NCBI RefSeq assembly: GCF_000006765.1
Contig: NC_002516.2
Strand: one strand, 5' to 3'
DNA length: 64,000 nucleotides
DNA from: Pseudomonas aeruginosa PAO1
Lineage (GTDB): Bacteria > Pseudomonadota > Gammaproteobacteria > Pseudomonadales > Pseudomonadaceae
The translations under genes and the position numbers were made by a program. Position 1 is the first letter of the stretch. Each line of letters begins with the position of its first letter. Under the pieces are notes generated by a model. The model was not told the origin of the DNA and made no database searches. It saw nothing but the letters and a program-made list of their open reading frames with translations. Shown one piece after another: positions 24,952-34,491 of the stretch.

Positions 24952-26130
24952 TCAGGATCCGGAGCAATAGTCGAGAAAGTGCTGTTCCGGCATCGGCCGG
25001 GCGAACAGATAGCCCTGGGCTATGGAGCAACCGAGTTCGATCAGGCGTACCCGTTGTTCGTCGCTCTCCACCCCTTCCACCACCAGGGAAATTCCCAGCG
25101 CCTGCGCCAACGCCACGACACTGCTGATGACGGCGCAACTCCTGGGCTGGGTCTTCATCTTCTGGACGAAGGTTCTGTCCAGCTTGATCTGGCTGAAGGG
25201 AAACTCGCAGAGCCGGTCGAGGGACGAATAGCCGGCGCCGAAATCGTCCATCGCCAGGCCGCAGCCCATGATCCGCAGACGCACGAGGTTCTCCAGGCTG
25301 CTGGCAGGAGCGCTGATCAACCCGGTCTCGGTGATCTCGAACATCACCGAACTGGGCGGCAGGTGGAACTCGGTCAGCAACGCCGAGATGTTCTCGGCCA
25401 GGGCACGCGAACCCAGTTGCGAAGGATGGACGTTGAACGCCAGGTTGATCGGCTGCCCCAACTGCGCCAGCTTCCTGCGCGTCGCCAGCCCCTGGCTGAA
25501 CAGTTGCCAGAACAGCTTGTCGACCAGGTTGTAGGTTTCCATCACATAGAGGAAATGCGACGGCGGCAATACGCCGAGATGCGGGTGGTTCCAGCGTGCC
25601 AGGACCTCGGCGCCGATCAGGCCGCCGCCATCCAGGGCCACCTTGGGCTGGTAGTAGGCTTCGAACTCGCCATTGTCGAGGCCGCGCACCACGTCCGCCA
25701 CGGAGGGCAGCTCGGCGACTTCGATCTGTCGCGGAAGGTCCTGGCGACGAGCGTTGTAGCGGGTCAACAGGGCGGTGATCCGCTCCAGGCTGAATGGCTT
25801 GCCGAGGTCGCCGAGAAAATTGAGGCCCAGGCACTCGATCATCGAAATGGTGGCCTGGCGCAGGATGGGATCCACCTCGCTGCTGAGGATCACCGAATGG
25901 ACCTTGCCGCTCAGGCTTGCGTGGCGAAGGAACGCCAGGCCGTCCATGCCGCTCATCTGCAGGTCGCAGATGGCGATGTCGACGTGTCCGCAGGACTCCA
26001 GGATCGCCACCGCCTCCTTGCCGTCCGCCGCCTCGAGGATCGATCCGGGCACCACTTTCTTCAGGGCTGTGACGGCTACCAGGCGCTGAAAAGGCTCATC
26101 CTCCAACACCAGAACATTCAAATCATTCAT
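24952..26130 (-). CDS. rocR: Response regulator with REC plus EAL c-di-GMP phosphodiesterase domain
   Basis: VLEDEP..DLQM receiver; AEVLARW and MDDFGAGYSSL; 392 aa. Confidence 0.95.
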   Translation of the reverse strand: MNDLNVLVLEDEPFQRLVAVTALKKVVPGSILEAADGKEAVAILESCGHVDIAICDLQMSGMDGLAFLRHASLSGKVHSVILSSEVDPILRQATISMIECLGLNFLGDLGKPFSLERITALLTRYNARRQDLPRQIEVAELPSVADVVRGLDNGEFEAYYQPKVALDGGGLIGAEVLARWNHPHLGVLPPSHFLYVMETYNLVDKLFWQLFSQGLATRRKLAQLGQPINLAFNVHPSQLGSRALAENISALLTEFHLPPSSVMFEITETGLISAPASSLENLVRLRIMGCGLAMDDFGAGYSSLDRLCEFPFSQIKLDRTFVQKMKTQPRSCAVISSVVALAQALGISLVVEGVESDEQRVRLIELGCSIAQGYLFARPMPEQHFLDYCSGS

Positions 26131-26411
26131 CACGGTCCACACAGGGTTTCCAGGAAATACCGGCGATATACTGCTGTGTTTCCCTTACTAGACCTATGGG
26201 ACAAGTCCCCATGTTTTGTGGGAATTTTCCTACTGATTTGGAGGTTCGGTTGGATTAGCATGGTTCCACATGAAAAACCGAGTCGCCCCGCCTTAACAGG
26301 CTATTCTGGACGGCGATCTCGGCCTAGCGCCCAACATGGATGACCACCGGCGGCAGCGCCCGGGAAATCGAATCCCGACCCTGTCCCGGTCCCTCAAGGT
26401 AAATCGAATTT

Positions 26412-27041
26412 ATGCATACCGTCCTGATCGTCGACGACCACCCCGTCATCCGTCTCGCCGTGCGCGTCCTGCTGGAAAAGCATGGTCTGCAGGTGGTCGC
26501 CGAGACGGACAATGGCGTGGATGCCATCCAGTTGGTCCGGGAGCACGAACCGGACGTGGTGATTCTCGACATCGGCATTCCCAAACTCGATGGCCTGACC
26601 GTGATCTCGCGGATCAAGTCCCTGGGACTGCGCAGCCAGGTGCTGGTACTCACTTCGCAATCCGCAGAGGCGTTCTGCAAGCGCTGCATCCAGGTCGGTG
26701 CCCGTGGGTTCGTCAACAAGGAAGAAGACCTGAACAACCTGATCAACGCCCTGAACGCGGTGACCGCTGGCTACACGTTCTTTCCTTCGCTCACGTTCGA
26801 TACCCTCGGCACCCCGCCGGAACGCATTTCCGAAAGCGAGCTTATCGGCCTGCTCTCCGACCGCGAGATGATCGTCCTCCAGCATCTCGCCATGGGCTAT
26901 TCGAACAAGGCCATCGGCGAGAAGCTGTTCCTCAGCAACAAGACCGTCAGCACCTACAAGACCCGCCTGCTGCAGAAGCTCGGCCTGGGTTCGCTGGTCG
27001 ACCTCGCAGAGTTCGCCAAGCGCAATTCGCTGATCCACTGA
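26412..27041 (+). CDS. rocA1: NarL/LuxR-type response regulator
   Basis: IVDDHP, ILDIGIP; HTH region LSDREM..YSNKAIGEKLFLSNKTVSTY; divergent from rocR. Confidence 0.93.
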   Translation: MHTVLIVDDHPVIRLAVRVLLEKHGLQVVAETDNGVDAIQLVREHEPDVVILDIGIPKLDGLTVISRIKSLGLRSQVLVLTSQSAEAFCKRCIQVGARGFVNKEEDLNNLINALNAVTAGYTFFPSLTFDTLGTPPERISESELIGLLSDREMIVLQHLAMGYSNKAIGEKLFLSNKTVSTYKTRLLQKLGLGSLVDLAEFAKRNSLIH

Positions 27042-27131
27042 CCTGGCGCTTGGCTGTCGAAGCCAAGGCCTAGCGCACCTTCGGGCAAGCGCGACCGGAA
27101 GCCGTTCCTGCCACGCGACGAGCGTCGGCGG

Positions 27132-27166
27132 ATTTCCACAAAGCGTGTGGAACCGCCTGTGGATAA
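27132..27166. promoter_or_regulatory. Cluster of three DnaA-box-like 9-mers
   Basis: ATTTCCACA (8/9), TGTGGAACC (reverse, 7/9) and TGTGGATAA (reverse, perfect TTATCCACA), spaced 5 and 3 nt. Confidence 0.6.
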
Positions 27167-27334
27167 GGTGCGAAAAACGCTTCGCGCAGCGCATCGTGCC
27201 TGGCCTTGCGACGGTTGATCAGTTCCTGACCAGGCGCACGGCGAGCGGACCAGGTGGCATCGACAAGGCTCGGAGGCGGTCTTCGCCTCGGTTACACTGC
27301 ACGCCGGTTTCCCCAGGTCTCGCTCGTCGTCCAC

Positions 27335-28576
27335 ATGCCCAGTCAAGCATCCTCCCCTTCCCCCCAGGTCGCCATCGTCGGCGGCGGTCCCGCAGGCCTG
27401 ATGGCCGCGGAGGTCCTGAGCCAGGCGGGCGTACGCACGGAAGTGTTCGACGCCATGCCCTCGGTCGGCCGGAAATTCCTCCTCGCGGGCGTCGGCGGCA
27501 TGAACATCACCCATGCCGAGGCCAGGGAACAATTCCTCGGCCGCTATGGCAGGCGCCAGAAGGAAATCGCCGCACTGCTCGGCGAATTCGACGCGGATGC
27601 GTTGCGCGCCTGGATCCACGGCCTGGGTATCGACACCTTCGTCGGCAGTTCCGGCCGGGTGTTCCCCTCCGACATGAAGGCCGCGCCGTTGCTCCGTGCC
27701 TGGCTCAAGCGCCTGCGCGAGCAAGGCGTGCTCATCCACACCCGCTGCCGTTGGCTGGGCTGGAACGCGGACGGTACGCTGGACATCCAGAGCGCCGCCG
27801 AGCGCCTGTCGATACGCGCCGACGCCGTGATCCTGGCGCTCGGTGGCGGCAGTTGGCAGCGCCTGGGCTCCGACGGCGCCTGGGTGCCCCTGCTGCGCGC
27901 CCGTGGCATCGAGGTCGAGCCCCTGCGGCCAAGCAATTGCGGTTTCGAGATCGACGGCTGGAGCGAGCTGTTTCGCGACAAGTTCTCCGGCGCTCCGGTC
28001 AAACCGGTGGCCATGGGACTGGCGGGCGAAACGCCGCGCCAGGGCGAATTCGTCGTGACCCGCGACGGTATCGAGGGCAGCCTGGTCTATGCCCTCTCCG
28101 CCGCCATCCGCGAACGGATCGAGGCACGGGGCTCGGCCGAAGTATGGCTGGACCTGTTGCCGAACAGGCGTCGCGAGCAGATCGAGGCAGCCCTGGCTCG
28201 CCCGCGCGGTTCCAGGTCGATGGCCAATCACCTGCGCAGCCAGTTGGGCATCGATGGGGTTCGGGCCGGCCTCCTGCGTGAACTCACCCCCGCCGCCACC
28301 TATACCGAGCCGGCCCGCCTGGCGGCGGCGATCAAGCGCCTGCCGCTGACGCTGCTGCGCCCGCGTCCGCTGGACGAAGCGATCAGCAGCGCCGGCGGCG
28401 TACGCTTCGAGGCGCTCGACCGCAACCTGATGCTCGATGGCCTGCCCGGCGTGTTCTGCGCTGGGGAAATGCTCGACTGGGAGGCGCCCACCGGCGGCTA
28501 CCTGTTGACCGCCTGCTTCGCCAGCGGGCGCGTGGCCGGACTCGGCGCGCTGGCCTGGTTGCGCGGCAGGCGCTAG
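27335..28576 (+). CDS. HI0933/BaiN-like flavoprotein (TIGR03862 type)
   Basis: VGGGPAGLMAA, GRKFLLAGVGGMNITH, AISSAGGV and GEMLDWEAPTGGYLL motifs. Confidence 0.9.
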   Translation: MPSQASSPSPQVAIVGGGPAGLMAAEVLSQAGVRTEVFDAMPSVGRKFLLAGVGGMNITHAEAREQFLGRYGRRQKEIAALLGEFDADALRAWIHGLGIDTFVGSSGRVFPSDMKAAPLLRAWLKRLREQGVLIHTRCRWLGWNADGTLDIQSAAERLSIRADAVILALGGGSWQRLGSDGAWVPLLRARGIEVEPLRPSNCGFEIDGWSELFRDKFSGAPVKPVAMGLAGETPRQGEFVVTRDGIEGSLVYALSAAIRERIEARGSAEVWLDLLPNRRREQIEAALARPRGSRSMANHLRSQLGIDGVRAGLLRELTPAATYTEPARLAAAIKRLPLTLLRPRPLDEAISSAGGVRFEALDRNLMLDGLPGVFCAGEMLDWEAPTGGYLLTACFASGRVAGLGALAWLRGRR

Positions 28577-28598
28577 AGACCGGTACGCCAGCGCCTCG

Positions 28599-29948
28599 CT
28601 ATTTGCCGGACGGCCGCTTCTTCGGCTTGCCCGCCGCACCCGCGCCGAAGCCCGGTGCCTTGCGCACCGCCTTGACCGTCGGCGCGCTGCTGTCGAACCA
28701 ACTGCCCAAGTGGATCTTGCCGGGCTTGCCGACGCTCTCCGCGGCCTTGGGTTTCTTCGGCTTCTTCGGTTTCTTCAGCACCACGCCGCCCGGTGCGGTC
28801 TGCGGCACCCGGTGCTCCGGCTCGAAGTCGGGCTCCTCGCGGCGTTGCAGGGTCTGCCCGATCAGTGTTTCGATCGCCGCCAGCAGCTCCACTTCGTCGG
28901 CGCAGACCAGCGACACCGCCTGGCCGGAGGCACCGGCACGGCCGGTACGGCCGATGCGATGCACGTAGTCCTCGGCGACGATCGGCAGGTCGAAGTTGAC
29001 CACCAGCGGCATTTCCTCGATATCCAGGCCACGCGCGGCCACGTCGGTGGCTACCAGCAGGTCTACCTCGCCGGCCTTGAACCGCTGCAAGGCGCGCAGC
29101 CGCGCCGGCTGCGGCTTGTCGCCATGGATCGAGTCGGCGGCGATACCCTGCCGCTGCAACAGTCCGACCAGTTCCTCGACGCTCTTGCGGGTCTTGGCGA
29201 AGACCAGCGCCTGGCGCCAGCGATTGGCCTGCAACAGGTGGCAGAACAGCTCGGCCTTGCGCTTCTTGTCCACCGGCACCAGCCATTGCCTGACGCTCTT
29301 CGCCGCGGTATTGCGCGGACTGACCTCGATGGACAGCGGGTCGCGCAGCAGTTCACGGGCCAGCGTGCGGATGGCGTCGGAGAAGGTCGCGGAAAACAGC
29401 AGGGTCTGGCGCTTGCGCGGCAGCGCGGCGAACAGTTCGTCCAGCTCGCGGGCGAAACCGAGGTCGAGCATGCGATCGGCTTCGTCCAGCACCAACGCCT
29501 GGAGCTGGGCGAACTTCACCGCGTTCTGCCGATACAGGTCGAGCAGCCGCCCGGGAGTGGCGACGAGGATATCCACTCCCTTGCGCAGCTTCATCATCTG
29601 CGGGTTGATGCTGACCCCACCGTAGGCCACCGCGGTACGCAGCGGCAGGTGCTGGCCGTAGTCGCGGACGCTGGCGTGGACCTGCTCGGCCAGTTCGCGG
29701 GTCGGGACCAGGACCAGTGCACGCACCGAGTTCGCAGCGACCTGCGGCCCCTCCAGGGTCAGCCGCTGCAGCAACGGCAGGGCGAAACCGGCGGTCTTGC
29801 CGGTGCCGGTCTGTGCTGCGGCGAGCAGGTCGCGGCCCTTGAGCGCCGGGGGTATGGCTTGGGCCTGGATCGGCGTAGGCGTGCCGTGGCCGAGCCCTTC
29901 GAGGGCCTTGAGCAGGGGGTCGAGCAGACCGAGGGAAGCGAACGTCAT
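28599..29948 (-). CDS. rhlE1: DEAD-box RNA helicase, RhlE type
   Basis: AQTGTGKT, PTRELA, DEAD, SAT and HRIGRTGRAG motifs; Lys-rich C-terminal tail. Confidence 0.9.
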   Translation of the reverse strand: MTFASLGLLDPLLKALEGLGHGTPTPIQAQAIPPALKGRDLLAAAQTGTGKTAGFALPLLQRLTLEGPQVAANSVRALVLVPTRELAEQVHASVRDYGQHLPLRTAVAYGGVSINPQMMKLRKGVDILVATPGRLLDLYRQNAVKFAQLQALVLDEADRMLDLGFARELDELFAALPRKRQTLLFSATFSDAIRTLARELLRDPLSIEVSPRNTAAKSVRQWLVPVDKKRKAELFCHLLQANRWRQALVFAKTRKSVEELVGLLQRQGIAADSIHGDKPQPARLRALQRFKAGEVDLLVATDVAARGLDIEEMPLVVNFDLPIVAEDYVHRIGRTGRAGASGQAVSLVCADEVELLAAIETLIGQTLQRREEPDFEPEHRVPQTAPGGVVLKKPKKPKKPKAAESVGKPGKIHLGSWFDSSAPTVKAVRKAPGFGAGAAGKPKKRPSGK

Positions 29949-30025
29949 GAGCGACTCGGAAAAAAGGAAACGGACGGCATTCTAGCGGATTCGCCGTCTC
30001 CCATCGTCCTCTGGAGCGCGGCCGG

Positions 30026-30529
30026 TCAGCCCTTGAGCAGCAGTCCGCCCTCGATCGGCACGTAGCGCGACGCCGCTCGGATCAGCGCGTTGGCGGTCAG
30101 GCCAGGCACCCCGTAGGCCGTAGCCACGACGCCGTGGGCGCGGATGACCTTCTCCAGCAGCAGATCGAAGTCGCCGTCACCGGACAGCAGCACCACTTCG
30201 TCCACCCGTGGCGCGGCATCCAGTACGTCGATGGTGATGCCGACATCCCAGTCACCCTTGGCCGAGCCGTCGGCACGCTGGATGTAGGGCTTCAGCTTCA
30301 CCGTGAAACCGAGGTTGCGCAGAATCTGCTGGAACTGCTGCTGACGCGGGTCGCCGCGGTCGATGGCGTAGGCATAGGCCTCGACGATGCTCCCGCCGCG
30401 AGCGATGTCTGCCCACAGGGCGGCGTAGTTGAGATGGCAGCCGTAGGCCTGGCGCACGGTGTAGTAGAGGTTCTGCACATCGGCGAAGACAGCGATCTTC
30501 TTCGCCGCGGGCGACTCGGGACGACTCAA
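30026..30529 (-). CDS. NYN (LabA/DUF88, PIN-like) domain protein
   Basis: FADVQN, KGDWDVGITID and LSGDGDF acidic motifs; TTG start. Confidence 0.88.
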   Translation of the reverse strand: MSRPESPAAKKIAVFADVQNLYYTVRQAYGCHLNYAALWADIARGGSIVEAYAYAIDRGDPRQQQFQQILRNLGFTVKLKPYIQRADGSAKGDWDVGITIDVLDAAPRVDEVVLLSGDGDFDLLLEKVIRAHGVVATAYGVPGLTANALIRAASRYVPIEGGLLLKG

Positions 30530-30594
30530 GGGGAACTCCGGAACGACGGCAGTGGGCCACCATTATCGCAGCCCACGGCCCGCAACCCTAACGG

Positions 30595-31311
30595 TCAGGT
30601 GAACAAATCGTCGTCGCCGAGGAAGCTGGAGTCGTCGTTGAAGTCGCTGTCGCTGAAATCGCCATCGGCGAAACCGCCGTCGGCGGGATAGTCGCTATCG
30701 GCGAAGCGCTCGGTCGCCGGCTCGGGATCGGCAAACTGGCTGGCGTCGAGGTTATCCACCGGGACGTCCTGGATCACCTCGACGATTTCCTGCGGCTGGC
30801 TGTGGCGGAACATGCCGGTGAGCAGGTCGGCCACCAGCATCCCGCCAGCGACCCCAGCGGCCGTCTGCAGCGCACCGCCGAGAAAGCCGCTGGCCCGCGA
30901 AGGCGCGGCCGCCGCGGCGGGCGCCATACCCGGACGCATGTCGCCGGCCGCCGCCGCCGGATTGGAGAAACGCGTCTCGCCCCAGCCCGCCGGGCGCCCC
31001 GATTGGCTCGGCGCCGGCTCGTCGCGCGCGCCGCCGCCGAACAGGCCGGAGAGGAAGCCGCCGCTGCTCGGACGGCTCTGCTGCAACTGGGCGACCTGCG
31101 CCTCGAGCTCCTTCACCCGTTGGTCGAGGCGCTTCAGCGCGGCTTCCTGGATCAGCACCACCTGCGCCATGTAGTACGGCGCCGCCGGCTGCCGCACCAG
31201 GTGCTGGTTGATCTGCGCCTCGGCCTCGGCGTCACGCGGAGCGGACTGCCCCTCGGCCTCGCGCAGGCGGCTGAACAGGCCGTCGATCAGGGTTTTCTCA
31301 TCGGATTTCAT
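30595..31311 (-). CDS. DUF2076-type protein
   Basis: LIDGLFSRL..PRDAEA..QPAAPYYMAQ, FLGGALQTAAGVAGG; acidic low-complexity tail. Confidence 0.85.
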   Translation of the reverse strand: MKSDEKTLIDGLFSRLREAEGQSAPRDAEAEAQINQHLVRQPAAPYYMAQVVLIQEAALKRLDQRVKELEAQVAQLQQSRPSSGGFLSGLFGGGARDEPAPSQSGRPAGWGETRFSNPAAAAGDMRPGMAPAAAAAPSRASGFLGGALQTAAGVAGGMLVADLLTGMFRHSQPQEIVEVIQDVPVDNLDASQFADPEPATERFADSDYPADGGFADGDFSDSDFNDDSSFLGDDDLFT

Positions 31312-31410
31312 CGCACGCCTCGACTGCATTTCGAGAAGGAAGGATGGATTGCACCAAAGGGAAATATTGGAGCACCCTGCACGATCTCAAGTTCCTCCGG
31401 TGAATTCCCG

Positions 31411-31992
31411 ATGAATGACGATGCCCAGCGCTCCGCACGGTCCCAGGTCGCCCTGCTGATCGTCGACCTGCAACGCGGCATGCAGCGCCACGACCTGCCG
31501 CCGCGCAACAATCCCGGCGCCGAGGCGCGCATCGTCGAACTGCTTGCCGCCTGGCGCGCCGCCGGCTGGCCGGTGGTGCACGTCCGGCACGTATCCCGGC
31601 AGCCCGGCTCGCCCTTCGCGCCCGGCCAGCCTGGCGTGGAGTTCCAGCCAGCGCTGGCGCCGCGCGACGACGAGGCGGTGTTCGAGAAGAACGTTCCCGA
31701 CGCCTTCATCAACAGCGGCCTGCAACGCTGGCTCCATGTCCGCGACATCCGCCAGGTGGCGCTCGTCGGGGTAGCCACGGAGAACTCGGTGGAAGCCAGC
31801 GCACGCAGCGCCGGCAACCTCGGCTTCCAGACCTGGGTAGTGGCCGACGCCTGCTTCACCTTCGCCAAGCCCGATTTCCACGGCACCCCGCGCAGCGCCG
31901 ACGAGGTGCATGCGATGGCGTTGGCCAACCTGCACGGCGAGTACGCCGTGGTACTGCGCGCCGCCGAACTGTTGCAGCGCTTGCCGGCCTGA
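31411..31992 (+). CDS. Isochorismatase/cysteine-hydrolase family protein
   Basis: LLIVDLQ, FEKNVPDAF and GVATENSVEASAR motifs. Confidence 0.9.
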   Translation: MNDDAQRSARSQVALLIVDLQRGMQRHDLPPRNNPGAEARIVELLAAWRAAGWPVVHVRHVSRQPGSPFAPGQPGVEFQPALAPRDDEAVFEKNVPDAFINSGLQRWLHVRDIRQVALVGVATENSVEASARSAGNLGFQTWVVADACFTFAKPDFHGTPRSADEVHAMALANLHGEYAVVLRAAELLQRLPA

Positions 31993-32041
31993 CTGTCTGC
32001 CGGGCAACAGCGGGACAACAGGGCTGTCCGGCAGAAGACAG
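31993..32041. promoter_or_regulatory. Two CTGT-N10-ACAG inverted repeats (putative bEBP upstream activator sites)
   Basis: 31993-32010 and 32024-32041 are both perfect, 31 bp apart, and lie 55-100 bp upstream of the -24 element of sfnG. Confidence 0.7.
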
Positions 32042-32095
32042 GCCGGTTCCGCCATATCCCCCATAAGCCATTGATTCGAAAACATGAATCCGGGA

Positions 32096-32111
32096 TGGCA
32101 CGGTTCCTTCA
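32096..32111 (+). promoter_or_regulatory. Putative sigma54 promoter of sfnG (non-canonical -12)
   Basis: TGGCAC-GGTT-CCTTCA, ending 38 nt before the ATG. Confidence 0.6.
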
Positions 32112-32149
32112 TAGACACCGGACCACGCCCCTACCCGGAGATACCCCCG

Positions 32150-33244
32150 ATGAGCCAAGAGCAACAGCCGATCCGCTTCGCCTACTGGGTCCCCAACGTC
32201 AGCGGCGGCCTGGTGGTGAGCAAGATCGAGCAACGCACCAGCTGGGACATCGACTACAACCGCAAGCTGGCCCAGTTGGCGGAACGCAACGGCTTCGACT
32301 ACGCCCTCTCGCAGATCCGCTTCACCGCCGGCTACGGCGCCGAGTACCAGCACGAGTCGGTGGCCATCAGCCACGCCCTGCTGGCGGCCACCGAGAAGCT
32401 CAAGGTGATCGCGGCGATCCTGCCTGGCCCCTGGCATCCGGCGGTGGTGGCCAAGCAACTGGCGACGATCGACCAACTGACCAATGGCCGGGTCGCGGTG
32501 AACATCGTCAGCGGCTGGTTCAAGGGAGAGTTCACCGGCATCGGCGAACCCTGGCTGGAGCACGACGAACGCTATCGGCGCTCCGAGGAGTTCATCCGCG
32601 TGCTGAAAGGCATCTGGACCGAGGAAAACTTCACCTTCAAGGGCGATTTCTATCGTTTCCACGACTACACCCTGAAACCCAAGCCGATCCAGCAGCCGCA
32701 CCCGGAAATCTTCCAGGGCGGCAGCTCGCGGGCGGCGCGGGACATGGCCTCGCGCGTGTCCGACTGGTACTTCACCAACGGCAACAGCATCGACGGCATC
32801 CGCGCCCAGGTCGAGGACATCCGCGCCAAGGCGGCGGCCAACGGCCATTCGGTCAAGGTCGGAGTGAACGCCTTCATCATTGCCCGCGACACCGAGGAGG
32901 AAGCGCGGGCGGTGCTCGACGAGATCATCGCCAAGGCCGACTACGAGGCGGTGAACGCCTTCGGCGACGCGGTGAAACAGGCCGGCAAGGCCTCGCCGGA
33001 GGGCGATGGCAACTGGGCCAAATCCACCTTCGAAGACCTGGTGCAATACAACGACGGCTTCAAGACCAACCTGATCGGCACGCCACGGCAGATCGCCGAG
33101 CGCATCGTCGCGCTGAAGGCGGCCGGGGTCGACCTGGTGCTGTCGGCCTTCCTGCACTTCCACGAAGAAGTGGAGTATTTCGGCAAGCACGTGTTGCCGC
33201 TGGTCCGCGAACTGGAGCAGGCCCAGGCTCGCGAAGCGGCCTGA
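32150..33244 (+). CDS. sfnG: Dimethylsulfone monooxygenase (luciferase-like, FMNH2 dependent)
   Basis: FAYWVPNVSGGLVVSKIEQRT, YALSQIRFTAGYGAEYQHES and YNDGFKTNLIGTP motifs; 364 aa. Confidence 0.92.
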   Translation: MSQEQQPIRFAYWVPNVSGGLVVSKIEQRTSWDIDYNRKLAQLAERNGFDYALSQIRFTAGYGAEYQHESVAISHALLAATEKLKVIAAILPGPWHPAVVAKQLATIDQLTNGRVAVNIVSGWFKGEFTGIGEPWLEHDERYRRSEEFIRVLKGIWTEENFTFKGDFYRFHDYTLKPKPIQQPHPEIFQGGSSRAARDMASRVSDWYFTNGNSIDGIRAQVEDIRAKAAANGHSVKVGVNAFIIARDTEEEARAVLDEIIAKADYEAVNAFGDAVKQAGKASPEGDGNWAKSTFEDLVQYNDGFKTNLIGTPRQIAERIVALKAAGVDLVLSAFLHFHEEVEYFGKHVLPLVRELEQAQAREAA

Positions 33245-33327
33245 ACGGCAACGGCGGCCGCCAGGCGTTGGCCTCGGCGGCCGGCTGGGTTAGAGTCGCG
33301 GGCTCGTATCCGATCTGCCGACCCGCG

Positions 33328-33984
33328 ATGAATCCTCTGCTGCCGCTGCGTGACGCCTGGTTCTTCTTCACCCGCCACCTGACCACCCTGGTGCCGCTCT
33401 GCCTGCCCTGGATATTCCTCGAAAGCCTGCTCCAGCAGCAGATCGACGAAGCCGTCGGCCCCCAGCAGATGGGCGCCTGGAGCCTGGTCGCCGGACTGCT
33501 CTTCTACCCGCTCTACACCGCAGCCCTGATCCTGTTCATGGACGCGCGCGGGCGCGACGAGCGGCCTCGCGTCGGCCAGCTGTGGAGCGCCGCGCTGCGC
33601 CTGTGGCCGGCCTTCGCGCTACTCGCGGCGCTGACTTCGCTGCTGATCGTGCTCGGCCTGTCGCTGCTGATCCTGCCGGGCATCTTCGTCATGGTGAAGC
33701 TGTCCTTCGCCGAATTCTGCCTGGTGCTGCGCGGCCGTAGTCCGCTGCAGGCGCTGCGGGAAAGCTTCGAGTTCACCCGTGGGCGATTCTTCCTGATCCT
33801 CGCCTGTTCGCTGGTGATCCTGCTGCCGGTCTGGAGCCTGGAAGCCTGGCTCGCCGATTCGGCCGGCGACGCCGTCGTGCTGCGGGTCGCCCTGCATGCG
33901 CTCAGCGGGTTCTTCCAGCTGCTGTTGACCATCGTCGCCTTCCGCATCTACAGCCTCGGTCCGGCGCCACGCAACGGGATGTGA
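33328..33984 (+). CDS. Hypothetical inner-membrane protein (YciC-like)
   Basis: 218 aa with several hydrophobic helices; ALRESFEFTRG motif. Confidence 0.75.
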   Translation: MNPLLPLRDAWFFFTRHLTTLVPLCLPWIFLESLLQQQIDEAVGPQQMGAWSLVAGLLFYPLYTAALILFMDARGRDERPRVGQLWSAALRLWPAFALLAALTSLLIVLGLSLLILPGIFVMVKLSFAEFCLVLRGRSPLQALRESFEFTRGRFFLILACSLVILLPVWSLEAWLADSAGDAVVLRVALHALSGFFQLLLTIVAFRIYSLGPAPRNGM

Positions 33985-34050
33985 ACGGCGCCGCGCGCCG
34001 ATTCGCCGCGCTGGCCTATGCTTGACGAGCCCTGCCTCGAGGAACGGACC

Positions 34051-34485
34051 ATGAGCGACGAATCGGCCAACCCCAGCTGCATTTCCCACCTGTCCATCGG
34101 CACCAACGACTTTCCCCGTGCCCGAGCCTTCTACGACGCGGTGATGGCCGCCCTCGGCTGCAAGGTGATCCTCGAATACCCCGGCGCCGTAGCCTACGGC
34201 AAGCTCTATCCGGAGTTCTGGGTGCAGGCGCCGATCGACGGCCGTCCCGCCAGCGTCGGCAACGGCAGCCACGTCGGCTTCTTCGCCGACAGCAAGGCCC
34301 AGGTCGACGCCTTCCACGCCGCGGCCCTGGCCGCCGGCGCACGCGACGAGGGCGCGCCGGGCCCGCGTCCGCTGTACGGCGAGCCCTACTACGGGTGTTT
34401 CATCCGCGACCTCGACGGGCACAAGGTCGAGGCCTCCTACTGGGACATGAGCCAGGGCTTCGACGCCCACGACCACGCCCACTGA
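34051..34485 (+). CDS. VOC/glyoxalase-family protein
   Basis: ISHLSIGTND..ARAFYD, HVGF and FIRDLDGHKVE motifs. Confidence 0.9.
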   Translation: MSDESANPSCISHLSIGTNDFPRARAFYDAVMAALGCKVILEYPGAVAYGKLYPEFWVQAPIDGRPASVGNGSHVGFFADSKAQVDAFHAAALAAGARDEGAPGPRPLYGEPYYGCFIRDLDGHKVEASYWDMSQGFDAHDHAH

Positions 34486-34491
34486 GCACCG

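Noticed and set aside
24851-25834. N-terminal extension making rocS1 1540 aa
   Set aside because: Out-of-frame overlap with rocR; a signal-peptide-like start at ATG 24850 gives the expected 1212 aa.
30752-30760. TTATCCACC DnaA-box-like 9-mer
   Set aside because: Single imperfect copy inside a CDS.
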